DNA of 64,000 bases from a virus. Made by a program: the position numbers and the translations under genes. Shown one piece after another: positions 1 through 9,938 of this stretch. Location: the IMG/VR virus record IMGVR_UViG_3300028584_001239. The stretch is one strand, 5' to 3'. Positions within the stretch are counted from its first letter, which is position 1, and the number at the start of each line of letters is the position of its first letter. The notes below the pieces were generated by a model that saw only the letters and a list, made by a program, of their open reading frames with translations, was not told where the DNA came from and made no database searches.

Positions 1-828
1 CAGTTCTTTTGGGCCAGAATCTTCCCCAGCAATAATAATCCCTTCTTGGCTATTGTGAATATTTAAATTTAAACAATTATGTTTTTTTTGAAAAAAACCT
101 TTTTCTTGATAACCTAATACCAAATCTATACCACCTTTATAGGGAGCAAACATTGAAGTAAATTTTGCTCTCGCTTCATTGCGTTCTTTTAAAATATTCA
201 CATCCACAGCACCATCGTTAAAGCTTGAACTTTTTGGTTCAAAAGAAGGTACTGGAATAACCACTGAACCAGAGGTTGATTTTATAACTTGGGCATGGTT
301 GGCTTCCACCTGTAGAAGTCTTCGTGTAATAAGGTCTTTTTGCAGTCTATTTTTAGCTTCTCGATCAACAACTTCTTGCGTCCAGACTAAAAAGTCTTCC
401 AGTGTGAGCTTATTTTTGTGAAGAAGTGAAAGTTGGCTGAATAATGCACCTTCTTTATAGTTCATGGATTCATTGACATTCTTCAATGCATAATAAAATT
501 CACGTTTACCTTCTTCTTTGAGAAATTCAATAAGATTCAAATGAATGTGTTTATGTGATTTTATTGCGAAATCATAAAGATCAAAATAAGTTTTATAATG
601 ACCAACACCATAAATAGATTTTATTTTTTGGCTGACAGGCTGGTTATATAAGTTAACCAGCATATCAGTAAGTGATGAAACCCCCTCTTTATCAATGACA
701 CCTGTCAAGGTATCAATACAATTTAACTCCATAACGTTCAAACGTTTTGGAGTGATGGCTAAATAAAGACTGAGTGTATAATTTTTATACATGTTCCTTG
801 GTTCAAGCATACCTGCCTTCATATCCAT
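1..828 (-). CDS. Hypothetical protein, 3' end runs off the window; paralog of 22165..23607, possible degenerate P-loop/coupling-protein-like domain
   Basis: Absent from ORF track; manual translation gives an open frame from ATG 828 to base 1 (MDMKAGMLEPRNMY...GIIIAGEDSGPKEL). Shares YGV..YFDL, EFYYALKNVNESMNYKEG and LGYQEKGFF with the 480-aa protein. Confidence 0.85.
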   Translation of the reverse strand, partial: MDMKAGMLEPRNMYKNYTLSLYLAITPKRLNVMELNCIDTLTGVIDKEGVSSLTDMLVNLYNQPVSQKIKSIYGVGHYKTYFDLYDFAIKSHKHIHLNLIEFLKEEGKREFYYALKNVNESMNYKEGALFSQLSLLHKNKLTLEDFLVWTQEVVDREAKNRLQKDLITRRLLQVEANHAQVIKSTSGSVVIPVPSFEPKSSSFNDGAVDVNILKERNEARAKFTSMFAPYKGGIDLVLGYQEKGFFQKKHNCLNLNIHNSQEGIIIAGEDSGPKEL

Positions 829-899
829 GATTAATCTTCTTTTTATATTATATTATACTTAAATTTTACATATGAGTGTGTGATTGTCAACGTTTTTAT

Positions 900-1080
900 T
901 GGCGTCAAAAATAGATCGTGATAGTTGACATCCTCCCCATGTCTAAAGACAGGGGATTCCTACTGCTAGAAGGCCATGTCCGACCTCAAGTATATTCTTA
1001 GCGGAATTTTCATCCCGGTTGTGTGTGTCACCACACACACGACAAGTCCATACTCTTATTCGCAGCCCATCTAATCCTTT
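900..1080 (-). ncRNA. Predicted TnpB omega/reRNA (scaffold overlapping tnpB 3' end and RE; guide begins at 924)
   Basis: Inferred from established TnpB biology: RE hairpin plus TCAA end followed by flanking guide CTATCACGATCTATTTTTGA; 5' boundary is approximate. Confidence 0.5.
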
Positions 1081-2013
1081 CGGCCCAGTTAAGGACTTAC
1101 ACGAATGACAGGTGCGGGTAGTGTTTCTTTCGTCTACATTTACATCAGTATGTATGCCTGCGTTATCGCATTTATATACCAGCATACTTCTTGTCATGCC
1201 GTGAGCGGCATCTAATGTAGACTTTCCTCGTTTGGCTTTAAGCATTTTCTTAATGCTCAAATCACCTACATAAATTTCACTGTATTTTTTAACTAAATGA
1301 CTTGTGAATTTATGCAGTGTGTCTTTTCGAATATTTGCTATTTTAGCATGTATTGCTCTCGTTCTAACTTTGTTGTTAGAACGTTGAGCAATGGCTAATT
1401 TCTTTTCATAAGAACGATAGATTCTGTTCTTTTCTGTTTTAAAACCATCACTACAGACAGCGGATTCTTTAAAACCAAGATCAACCCCAACAGATCCTTG
1501 ACCGGAAGATAAGGTTCGTGGAATTTCAACAACCACGTTGAAATACCAACGACCGCGAGCATCTTCATTGAAAGTTGCATTTTTAAAGGTGTATTTTGAA
1601 AGGCCATAACTGTCCCAAACAGAAAAATAATGCCCATTAAAATAAACTTGACCATTTTTCCAAGAAGCTGCTTTTGTGTTAATAGGAATCCAACCAAGTG
1701 ATCGTTTAGAACCACTTGTTTTTCGCCATTTTAATTTATTCTTTTTAAATTGTTTGCGTCTTGTTGCATATTCTTTACAAATAGATTGAACGGTTTGACT
1801 GTGCAAACCTAATTCTTTTGAACAACCATCGGTATATTTTTGCAAATCAAAATTTGAAAGGAATTTTTGACGTTCTTGAATAAATCGGGAACTTAATTCA
1901 TTGACATAATTCCAAACAAAGTTCACGTTCTTTGCCATTTGGCAAAGAACTGAAACATGTTTGTCTTTAACTCTAACTTTGAGAGTTTTAGTGATATAAG
2001 TGAGTTCATTCAT
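943..2013 (-). CDS. tnpB: RNA-guided endonuclease TnpB
   Basis: N-terminal TLKVRVK/NFVWN, RuvC-I GVDLG, RuvC-II region YVGDL with alternative E in VDERNTT, Zn finger CHSC..CRVC, RuvC-III NRDENSAKNI. Confidence 0.95.
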   Translation of the reverse strand: MNELTYITKTLKVRVKDKHVSVLCQMAKNVNFVWNYVNELSSRFIQERQKFLSNFDLQKYTDGCSKELGLHSQTVQSICKEYATRRKQFKKNKLKWRKTSGSKRSLGWIPINTKAASWKNGQVYFNGHYFSVWDSYGLSKYTFKNATFNEDARGRWYFNVVVEIPRTLSSGQGSVGVDLGFKESAVCSDGFKTEKNRIYRSYEKKLAIAQRSNNKVRTRAIHAKIANIRKDTLHKFTSHLVKKYSEIYVGDLSIKKMLKAKRGKSTLDAAHGMTRSMLVYKCDNAGIHTDVNVDERNTTRTCHSCKSLTGPKGLDGLRIRVWTCRVCGDTHNRDENSAKNILEVGHGLLAVGIPCL

Positions 2014-2021
2014 GGTTAAAG

Positions 2022-2050
2022 ATTATATATGGAAGAAGTATAAAAGTCAA
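2022..2050 (-). promoter_or_regulatory. sigma70-like promoter inside IS left end driving near-leaderless tnpB
   Basis: TTGACT-N17-TATAAT, only 8 nt before the ATG. Confidence 0.7.
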
Positions 2051-2212
2051 ACAAAGCAGAAAAATTCATCCCCATAGCTAAAGCAAGGGGCTTTCTTTTT
2101 CCAAAAACATGGTAAAAATAAGAAAACAAACGATAATCAGTAAAAAACAAAAATAGTTGTGTATTAGTTATATATATGCTAGTATAACTCGATTAATTGA
2201 CAGGAGTTTACA

Positions 2213-2782
2213 ATGAGTTTTTTAAAGCAATGTGAAAAATTCAAGACATTTTCTAGTCTAAAATATATCATGACTACCGGCCAATACTCAGGTACAGACA
2301 CAAATGCTTTTATTTTGTGTAAAGGGCTGACCGAATATAACTACCAGTCAGACGATCTTAGTTTGGAAGCAATACAAAAACAAATCATCAAGGATAAACT
2401 TAATGGTGTTTGGACATCAGGTTTAACCGACTATATGAAAATGTTAACTGAAAGCTATTACAAGGAAAGCTGGTCAAAGCGACATGAAATGTTAATAGAG
2501 ATAGTAAATCTAAATACATTAGCTACTTTTTCTGGAAATTTTAATAATTACAAAGTTGCTCTGACCAAAGATAGCTACACCATTCAAATGACCAGCAATC
2601 ATTCCGTATTGTTTACGTTAATGGATAATGGAAACATAAGAATGGACAAGGTATTGAAAGGAGATGAAGTACAAAAAAGAGATTACATTTTTGATAATGT
2701 AAAAGAGTTTATACATTTTGTAAATAATATTCAAGAACATCTAGAAACAGATGACAGAGTTTTGAAAATGGCTTTGATTTGA
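2213..2782 (+). CDS. Hypothetical protein with C-terminal MxxI motif
   Basis: SD CAGGAG; ends DDRVLKMALI. Confidence 0.8.
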   Translation: MSFLKQCEKFKTFSSLKYIMTTGQYSGTDTNAFILCKGLTEYNYQSDDLSLEAIQKQIIKDKLNGVWTSGLTDYMKMLTESYYKESWSKRHEMLIEIVNLNTLATFSGNFNNYKVALTKDSYTIQMTSNHSVLFTLMDNGNIRMDKVLKGDEVQKRDYIFDNVKEFIHFVNNIQEHLETDDRVLKMALI

Positions 2783-2854
2783 AAGGATGAAAAACCAGTT
2801 CCTTTTTTCCGCCATTCATGATATAATAGCCACATTGTTTAGAGAGCATTAATT

Positions 2855-3208
2855 ATGACAAATGCAGACAAAAAGAACACTTTAAAATATAAAACAAACG
2901 AACACTTGGTGAGACTCATCAACAACGGATGTGCTAGCTATAAATATACAGAAAACGAGTATGTTGAGTTTCTAATTAAAAAAGGACTTTATGCGTTTGA
3001 AGAACGCATAGAACATGAAAATCCATCCAAAGTATTAGCACACATGAAAGATGCAATGGAATTCTTTAATTTTGCGGATGATAAATTATCTACAATGGAA
3101 CTTGAGCGTCAAACAGCTCTTAATCTGAAGTTAACGTGTAAAGAATTTGAAAAAGAGATTGTAGAATTAACAACAATGTTTATTTGTTACTCCATACTAC
3201 GAGACTAA
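2855..3208 (+). CDS. Hypothetical protein
   Basis: 117-aa ORF, upstream promoter-like TATAAT and SD-like GAGAG. Confidence 0.7.
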   Translation: MTNADKKNTLKYKTNEHLVRLINNGCASYKYTENEYVEFLIKKGLYAFEERIEHENPSKVLAHMKDAMEFFNFADDKLSTMELERQTALNLKLTCKEFEKEIVELTTMFICYSILRD

Positions 3209-3219
3209 AGGAAATTATT

Positions 3220-3462
3220 ATGACTATCCAATCACGTCTATCTAAATATAAATCACTGAAATATCAACATGCTATCAAACATCGTCTTCGTTACTTTGTT
3301 GAAGGCTATATTGATCACATGCAAGGTGCTAATTTTAGCATGACACCTTATCCACTCAGTCCAACTCCGTCCTATGCTTGTGACAATGAAAAAACCAAGC
3401 GTAAATACTGGAGCCGTGGTTATTGGGCTGCAGAACGTATCGCTAAACGTAAGAGGGCGTAA
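3220..3462 (+). CDS. Hypothetical basic protein
   Basis: Start reassigned to ATG 3220 after AAGGAA; operon-like spacing. Confidence 0.7.
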   Translation: MTIQSRLSKYKSLKYQHAIKHRLRYFVEGYIDHMQGANFSMTPYPLSPTPSYACDNEKTKRKYWSRGYWAAERIAKRKRA

Positions 3463-3464
3463 TT

Positions 3465-3677
3465 ATGACATTTACCATCATCGGTCTATTTCTTCTTTGT
3501 TGGTTTTTGATTGGTCTTAGTTCTGGATTTATTTGTTCTTGGATTGACTCCAAATATAATGGATTTCGTTTTGATTATACGGCTGCCTTCAAAATGTCTT
3601 TTCTAGGCGTATTGCTTCTTATTTGGATACCAATTTTCTACACACGATCTAAAAAAGAACAAAAAATTCGGTGGTAG
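3465..3677 (+). CDS. Small two-TM membrane protein; paralog of 45808..46032
   Basis: Two hydrophobic stretches; CWFLIGLSSGFICSWID matches SWFIVGFIGGILCSGVD. Confidence 0.7.
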   Translation: MTFTIIGLFLLCWFLIGLSSGFICSWIDSKYNGFRFDYTAAFKMSFLGVLLLIWIPIFYTRSKKEQKIRW

Positions 3678-3681
3678 TTAT

Positions 3682-4470
3682 TCAAATCACCATCATTCTT
3701 AAAAGTGAAACATAATCTTCATTAAACATATCAGTGTCTATATCAAGGTTATGTTTAACCACTGCTTTATAATGAGTCGCAAATTCATTGTCAATCAAAA
3801 CAGAAAATGATTCTAAGTCAGAAAAACAATAATCAACGCCAATGTAACCATCTGGGCTTTGCTTAATTTGTTCACAATTGATATGCCACACTCCATTTAA
3901 TTGAGTAATCATTACATTGAAAAGAGTTTGATTGGCGTCTGCATAGGGAATAGGCAATTGAAATAAATAGACTTCTGTTAACTGGAATTGTTCGTTAAAT
4001 AGATATTGTCTACTCATCACAAGATCTCGATATTTTCTTTTACTCGACAACATGCCAACAACATCAAAATGAGTTTTGAAACGAGATGTAAATTCAAGCT
4101 TATTTTTATTGTTCAATCTGTTTAATATATTCTTCTGATGACTCTTATTCTTGCGTGGGTCATAGATTTTATATTTTTCGGCTGCTGTATAGATGATATT
4201 AAACATTTCCAAAATATAGTTGTTATCAAGTGGAATGTAATCTAATGATGACAAAAGAAATAACTTATCTGCTAGATTTGAGCCAAGGAAAGATACATAA
4301 TGAGTATCTTTATTAATTCTCAGAAAAGATCGTCTAATATTACCTTTAAAACGGTTAGGCACAATATCATAAAAAGAACGTTCTTCATCCAATCGGTAAT
4401 CTTTCAACTGTGGCATGATATGGTTGAGTAAGCCAATCTTTGGAAATTCTAAATTTAAGAATTGTTTCAT
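3682..4470 (-). CDS. Hypothetical protein with C-terminal MxxI motif
   Basis: 262 aa; ends YVSLLRMMVI. Confidence 0.85.
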   Translation of the reverse strand: MKQFLNLEFPKIGLLNHIMPQLKDYRLDEERSFYDIVPNRFKGNIRRSFLRINKDTHYVSFLGSNLADKLFLLSSLDYIPLDNNYILEMFNIIYTAAEKYKIYDPRKNKSHQKNILNRLNNKNKLEFTSRFKTHFDVVGMLSSKRKYRDLVMSRQYLFNEQFQLTEVYLFQLPIPYADANQTLFNVMITQLNGVWHINCEQIKQSPDGYIGVDYCFSDLESFSVLIDNEFATHYKAVVKHNLDIDTDMFNEDYVSLLRMMVI

Positions 4471-4472
4471 GT

Positions 4473-5261
4473 TTAAATCCTCGACATATAAACCAAATCA
4501 GCATAAGGTTTGATTTCTTCATCTGTCATGCTATATAATTTTTTCAATGCAATATTATGATCTGCAACAATAGTAGAAAATAATTCTAACAATATAAGTG
4601 AAGTGGTATCCTTCTTACATCTTTTAACAGATTTTTCAAACTTTTCAATTGGATCGGTAAGAATGATATAGCTCTCAGCATGATAATCATCTAATGTGCT
4701 TGACGTTAATTGACATCTAAATTCAAATTTATTTTGTTTAACATTCAAATCATAATCGAAGCGACCAGTTAAAAAGTGAGCACTGCGTTCAGTAACGTTA
4801 TATAAATTACTATTAACCTGCATTCTAAAATATCGTTTAGTACACAAACTATAATAAAGCCTGTTATCTTTTTTATCTATTGAAGACTTAAACGAAAAAA
4901 ATGGTGTACTGTCTAAATCAATTTGACTGAAGAACTTAAATTTAGCATTTACATCATTAATACTATCAAGGATAAATAATAATCGTTGCTTATAATTAAT
5001 CTGTTCATTGTCAAATAATAGATTGAACACTTTTTCAAGAAAAGCAGGATTTGCTGTCGAACGTATTTGTAAAGCTGATTTTTGTGCAAATAGGCTGGCA
5101 TAGTTTACAATAAAAAGTTCACTATTATTATCCACAACGATTTCAAATGAAGCCTGTTCTTTATCAATATGTTTGTAAATGGGGGTTATGGAGAAATGCT
5201 GTTCGAAAAAATTAATGAAATATTTTTTTACTTCTAGCTCTAAATCAACTTTAATTTTCAT
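4473..5261 (-). CDS. Hypothetical protein with C-terminal MxxI motif
   Basis: 262 aa; ends YADLVYMSRI. Confidence 0.85.
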   Translation of the reverse strand: MKIKVDLELEVKKYFINFFEQHFSITPIYKHIDKEQASFEIVVDNNSELFIVNYASLFAQKSALQIRSTANPAFLEKVFNLLFDNEQINYKQRLLFILDSINDVNAKFKFFSQIDLDSTPFFSFKSSIDKKDNRLYYSLCTKRYFRMQVNSNLYNVTERSAHFLTGRFDYDLNVKQNKFEFRCQLTSSTLDDYHAESYIILTDPIEKFEKSVKRCKKDTTSLILLELFSTIVADHNIALKKLYSMTDEEIKPYADLVYMSRI

Positions 5262-5354
5262 TATGCTATTTTTTGTTGTTACCTATTAATCTACCATAAT
5301 ATAAAGAAATTAAAAGCTAACAACTTTTTTTTAAAAAAGCCTTTATATTGTCTA

Positions 5355-6341
5355 TTAAATTTTAGACATCTTAATAAGGCTTCTATAATTTTCTAAATCA
5401 TCAACACTTTCAATATTGACATCAATCATAAATTCATAATTTTCAAAATGCTCTTTAAATATGGGTTGAAAGGAACCTATAAAATTGAGAAAAAATGGGG
5501 ATCGAAAGTGTTCTTTATATTTAATCACTTGATCAATATGATACCAAGAATTCCAATTATTAAAATTAGTAGTAATCATCATATTTGTTGTGAAATCCAA
5601 TTCACCTTTATCATCAATAAAGAAATGAATTCGACCTCTATGTCTGATATAGTTTTTATTGGATTCTGAAAGAAATGACATTCCATTTTTATAAATGTCC
5701 AGCTTATCTTTCAAGTGAGATGTTTGTAAGATATCTGTGTATTTTGAAGTTAAGTCAAATTCATAATCCAAATAAGCATCCGCAATGAACGTAACATTAT
5801 CATCAACTTCTTCTAAAGTTTCAAAAGAATGAAAAGAACTTCCATCATAATTTTCAATATCTAAATCACCTTCTTTTGGATAGCCAATATATTGAAGTCG
5901 ATATCTTAATAAAATTTGTGTTGATGTCACTTGTTTATTTGCTAGATAAGTTGCCATATGTGAACCTACTGATCCTATGACACCTTCTATCAATAAAACA
6001 TCACCATAATCTGGTTTATCAAATAAATAGCTGCCTGCATTTTTAATAACATACCGAATATTGTTATGAAAAAGATGTAAATGGCTATCAAGAACTTCAT
6101 ATCTATCAAAATGAATGTCATACCTTGAATTCATCTCTGACCGATAGTAAATCCTATCTGAAGCTTTGTCGTAAACAATCCAAATATCACCGAATTCATC
6201 TTTAATAAGTCTATTTAACAAAAAGCTTTCATCAAGTAAGCCTGTTTTATTATGATAAAGTTTATTGTTTTTTAAGGAATAGTTAAGAGACTGTTCATTA
6301 ATATTTAGTAAAGCCAATAGTTTTTCTTTTTTTTCGTTCAT
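5355..6341 (-). CDS. Hypothetical protein with C-terminal MxxI motif; N-terminus related to 8357..9364
   Basis: Start reassigned to ATG 6341 after AAGGA; LYHNKT..LLN.LI.D vs LYNKKT..LFNAID; ends YRSLIKMSKI. Confidence 0.85.
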   Translation of the reverse strand: MNEKKEKLLALLNINEQSLNYSLKNNKLYHNKTGLLDESFLLNRLIKDEFGDIWIVYDKASDRIYYRSEMNSRYDIHFDRYEVLDSHLHLFHNNIRYVIKNAGSYLFDKPDYGDVLLIEGVIGSVGSHMATYLANKQVTSTQILLRYRLQYIGYPKEGDLDIENYDGSSFHSFETLEEVDDNVTFIADAYLDYEFDLTSKYTDILQTSHLKDKLDIYKNGMSFLSESNKNYIRHRGRIHFFIDDKGELDFTTNMMITTNFNNWNSWYHIDQVIKYKEHFRSPFFLNFIGSFQPIFKEHFENYEFMIDVNIESVDDLENYRSLIKMSKI

Positions 6342-6351
6342 AATAAAATCC

Positions 6352-7212
6352 TTAAATAACAACCATATCAATAACTTTTAATATATCTTTATCAATAGCA
6401 TCAGGAATATAACCTAGTCTCTGAGCCAATACATCTTTATGAGTTTCAAGGTAGCTAATCATGACATTATCAATATCGTTAATATACATATCAAAATAAT
6501 ATTCTGTACTGTTGAGAATATAAGGGCTATGAAAAGCACCAGAACAATCAGTAACAGTGTTGTATTGAGATCCATCACCCACTGAACTACAGTTAACAGT
6601 TTCTTCATTAGTTCTAAATGATGACGGTGTTGATTTTAAATTAAACCGCAATGCAATACCTTTTCGACTAACACATTCTGGACATAGACTTAATTTTTTA
6701 CTGGTTGGAATTGCATCGTGTTTACTGTCAAAAAAGACATCAATATATTCTATATCGTCAATACTTGTAGCTTTTTGATTAAGTCCCACAACAAATGATT
6801 TATGATAATGCATGTTATTTTTATTAAAATCACGATTATACGTGCCATTTAAAAAATAATCAACATTATTAAGCTTATCAAAAAAAATATTGATATACTC
6901 ATTAATTTCTTTGTCTATATGTTTAGATAAAAGCGATTTGACAATAGTTTCACCAAAAGCTAAATCACGTAAAATAAAATCATGATATCCAGAAAATTGC
7001 AAAGAGATGTCAGTAGGTTTTTTACCACTCACCATTTGTTTTAAAGCAGGTCGAACAAAATATTGTATGGTGTCTGACGGGATTGCTTCTACATGGGTGA
7101 TAAATGATTGTAATAGATTTTGTGGAGCTTCCTCCATATCTTTAAGCAACCAAGCTTCATGACTTTTAATTGATTCATCTAACAATAGATGACGATAAGG
7201 TTTTAAAAACAT
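6352..7212 (-). CDS. Hypothetical protein with C-terminal MxxI motif; paralog of 7486..8343
   Basis: Shared MF[LI]KPYR, IEY[IV]D[VI]F, IL[ND]STEYYF; ends ILKVIDMVVI. Confidence 0.85.
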   Translation of the reverse strand: MFLKPYRHLLLDESIKSHEAWLLKDMEEAPQNLLQSFITHVEAIPSDTIQYFVRPALKQMVSGKKPTDISLQFSGYHDFILRDLAFGETIVKSLLSKHIDKEINEYINIFFDKLNNVDYFLNGTYNRDFNKNNMHYHKSFVVGLNQKATSIDDIEYIDVFFDSKHDAIPTSKKLSLCPECVSRKGIALRFNLKSTPSSFRTNEETVNCSSVGDGSQYNTVTDCSGAFHSPYILNSTEYYFDMYINDIDNVMISYLETHKDVLAQRLGYIPDAIDKDILKVIDMVVI

Positions 7213-7274
7213 ACTACTAAGCTCCCAATTTATCCGTTCTCAATAATAGCACATAACTCAAAATAAAACAATTT

Positions 7275-7461
7275 TTAAAAAATTGCCATCTCAATAATAT
7301 CAAGAATAGCTTTATCTATATGTGTAACAGTGTAACCAAGCTTCTGACTTAATCGTTCTTTATTCACTATTAAAACGACTGTAATGTTCTTTTAATGATT
7401 TGACCAATTTAGGTGGAACCATATGAAGAGCACTTTCCAACCAAAGCTTTGTTAACTCCAT
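7275..7461 (-). pseudogene. Internally deleted, frameshifted paralog of the flanking 286/285-aa genes
   Basis: Manual translation: N-terminal piece MELTKLWLESALHMVPPKLVKSLKEHYSRFNSE* then, in another frame with no start, ...ERLSQKLGYTVTHIDKAILDIIEMAIF* matching LSNRMGYTVTNVTKEIIDVIDMSLI. Confidence 0.8.
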
Positions 7462-7485
7462 TTTTATTTTAATTTATCAAGTCTT

Positions 7486-8343
7486 TTAAATGAGACTCAT
7501 ATCAATAACATCAATAATTTCTTTGGTGACATTCGTAACTGTGTATCCCATTCGGTTGCTTAATAAATCAAGATGACCTTCAAGATAGGCAATGATTAAA
7601 TCGTCTACATATTCAGAATGACAAGTAAAGTAATACTCAGTACTATCAAGAATAAACTGACTATAATAAACATTTGTAGCATCTTTTATTTGAGTCTGAT
7701 GTCCTCCATCTTCACCAGATTGTACACAATTATTTATCTCCTTAAGAACTGAAAAACTAGATTTTTTTTCATCAAGATAAATTCTTAGAGAAATGCCAAC
7801 CCTTGTGAGTGTTTCTGGCGTAGTATTTTTTCGGAATGGCTTATTACAAATAACAACATCAGATTGAGTATCATAAAAAATATCAACATACTCAATGTCA
7901 TGAATACTATCCGTATAAGGTTTCAAGCCAATAACAATAGATTTGTCATAATTGGTTTTATTGTTAAGATCAAGAAGCATTGAATAACTGTTGTTGGATG
8001 AAACATTGGTTATAAATTTATTAACAGCAGCAATCCTTTGAAATATAGCTTCTGTCGTATTATTAAAACCATTTTTAAATTTACTATCTAGTAAAGATTT
8101 AATCAAATGAGTGGAATAACCAATATCCCTAATAAGATAATTGTAAGATCCTGAATACTGAAAAGAAATGCCGGTTGCATTTCTAAGCACTGGCACCAAT
8201 TGCATATTGAGTTCTCGGTAATGATCAGTCAATGACTGCCAAATACCTTCTGGCATAAGAGTAAGGGCTTGTTGAAATAAAATTTTCCTATTTTGTTCTG
8301 AATTTGTGCTGGCAGGGATTCTGTATGGTTTAATAAACATCAA
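7486..8343 (-). CDS. Hypothetical protein with C-terminal MxxI motif
   Basis: 285 aa; ends IIDVIDMSLI. Confidence 0.85.
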   Translation of the reverse strand: MMFIKPYRIPASTNSEQNRKILFQQALTLMPEGIWQSLTDHYRELNMQLVPVLRNATGISFQYSGSYNYLIRDIGYSTHLIKSLLDSKFKNGFNNTTEAIFQRIAAVNKFITNVSSNNSYSMLLDLNNKTNYDKSIVIGLKPYTDSIHDIEYVDIFYDTQSDVVICNKPFRKNTTPETLTRVGISLRIYLDEKKSSFSVLKEINNCVQSGEDGGHQTQIKDATNVYYSQFILDSTEYYFTCHSEYVDDLIIAYLEGHLDLLSNRMGYTVTNVTKEIIDVIDMSLI

Positions 8344-8356
8344 CGTTTCTCCAATT

Positions 8357-9364
8357 TTAAATAACAGTCATTTCAAATACTTTAATATAATTTTCAAAAG
8401 CTTCAATGTCATTATAGAAGTCACAAAGATCTTGTGCCATCATTGAGTCAAGAGAAACTGGATTAATAATATTAAGCATCTTCATCACATGTAATGCAAT
8501 TGGGTCGTTATAATTCTTATATCGTTTGATGAATTGTTTTGCTAACTTCATTGAAGCTTCTAAATTGATGGTGAATTTGAAAAAGGTGTCCAAGCTCATA
8601 TCCAAACCAGACCCAGTATCAGTAATAGTAAAGTAATGACCTTTTAATTTATGTGTAGCATTGGGAACTGAATAAATATTCGATTTAAAAAATCCCGGCA
8701 CATCGGATAAATCTTGCCATAAATCATAAACGGCATGATTAATAACCATTAACTTACGATTAATATCATCTGCAAAATCTGTAATGTAGTGGGGCGAAAA
8801 ATGCATTTTTTGATTAGCCCCATGATATAAATTCAAACGAGCTGCATAACTGTAATTATCTGCATCTAGCACATCCAAATTTGAGCGATTGACCAAACTG
8901 GTTGAAATGCGTTTTAGTGTAAGCACTTCTGACCTGAAATCAACAGTAAATGAAAAGTTGCCAAAATCTTCAAAAGGATAAATCATTTTGTAATCAGAAA
9001 AACCTTCACATGCTTTATTAAAAATATTCGTAAAATAGGGCTGATTGTCAACAATGATTGAATGTTGATTATTATGACGTTGGAATTTTGATTCTTTCGT
9101 AGCCTTTTGATGGATGGTATTTCTGGGTATAATCGGGAGATTATTAGCAGTGAATGAATGCGGTTCTGTATAGAAGTTCTCATCATCTCTAAATTTATGC
9201 AAAATTAAGCTGTCTTGAATAGGATTGTCGATAGCATTAAAAAGAACCCAATCAGAAAGAGGTTCAGCGGTTTTTTTGTTATAAAGGATGTTGTCTTTTT
9301 TGATAACTCGTAATAGATGGCTATCAATGCTAATGCGATTACAAAAATGGGCCAAACTGCTCAT
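8357..9364 (-). CDS. Hypothetical protein with C-terminal MxxI motif
   Basis: 335 aa; SD GGAG; ends YIKVFEMTVI. Confidence 0.85.
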   Translation of the reverse strand: MSSLAHFCNRISIDSHLLRVIKKDNILYNKKTAEPLSDWVLFNAIDNPIQDSLILHKFRDDENFYTEPHSFTANNLPIIPRNTIHQKATKESKFQRHNNQHSIIVDNQPYFTNIFNKACEGFSDYKMIYPFEDFGNFSFTVDFRSEVLTLKRISTSLVNRSNLDVLDADNYSYAARLNLYHGANQKMHFSPHYITDFADDINRKLMVINHAVYDLWQDLSDVPGFFKSNIYSVPNATHKLKGHYFTITDTGSGLDMSLDTFFKFTINLEASMKLAKQFIKRYKNYNDPIALHVMKMLNIINPVSLDSMMAQDLCDFYNDIEAFENYIKVFEMTVI

Positions 9365-9436
9365 GATTAGATCTCCAAATTGATTGGAGTATATAATAAT
9401 TTAAGCAGTTAAGTCAAGGATGTTCTATTGATAGTG

Positions 9437-9667
9437 TTAATATTTTCTTTTAACAAAAATGATACTTCGCATCTTCGTAAAAAATGTATAACCATAATAG
9501 GTAATAGCTGATAAGACTAAATAGCAAGGAATAGCCGTTAAGATATTTATGCTGTATATATTGACAGATACAGTTAATAATACTGTTAAGGCTGCAACAG
9601 TGATGTAAAATAAAATAGCATATAGCGATATTTTCCTTTTAAACTGGGCTTCTTCCATATTTTTCAT
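9437..9667 (-). CDS. Small two-TM membrane protein
   Basis: SD GGAG, own promoter-like TTGACT..TATCAT; two hydrophobic helices. Confidence 0.7.
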   Translation of the reverse strand: MKNMEEAQFKRKISLYAILFYITVAALTVLLTVSVNIYSINILTAIPCYLVLSAITYYGYTFFTKMRSIIFVKRKY

Positions 9668-9938
9668 AGTTTCTCCGTGTTAAGCAAATGATACACTAAT
9701 TTCACAAATAGTCAATGTCAGAAATGTGCCGTCAATAGTTTTCAATTCTCAAAATATTTCTAAAAATATGGCGTCAAAAAATAATTCCTTAAAAAAGAGG
9801 TAGATAGGCATTATAATAGTTTTGAAATAATTACATAAATTTCGATGAGTGGTATTAAAAAAATAAATAGAATACCATTTGAAATAAAATATTTCAGGTC
9901 TAGAATGTAGCTAACTACATTATAAGGAGATTAGATTA

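Larger units (their letters stand above)
925..2111 (-). mobile_element. Non-autonomous IS200/IS605-family (IS608-like ends, tnpB only) element
   Basis: Minus strand LE: TTAC|CATG...AAAG-CCCCTTGCTTTAGCTATGGGG; RE: GAAT-CCCCTGTCTTTAGACATGGGG-AGGATG-TCAA|. Same guide/cleavage tetranucleotide pairs as IS608 (AAAG/TTAC, GAAT/TCAA); no tnpA. Confidence 0.88.

Noticed and set aside
900-9781. 12-nt repeat TGGCGTCAAAAA at 900-911 and 9769-9780, overlapping the predicted TnpB guide flank
   Set aside because: Matches only the guide-distal part, has no adjacent TTAC TAM, and contains a TTGACG -35-like hexamer on the minus strand; more likely a promoter element or chance in AT-rich DNA
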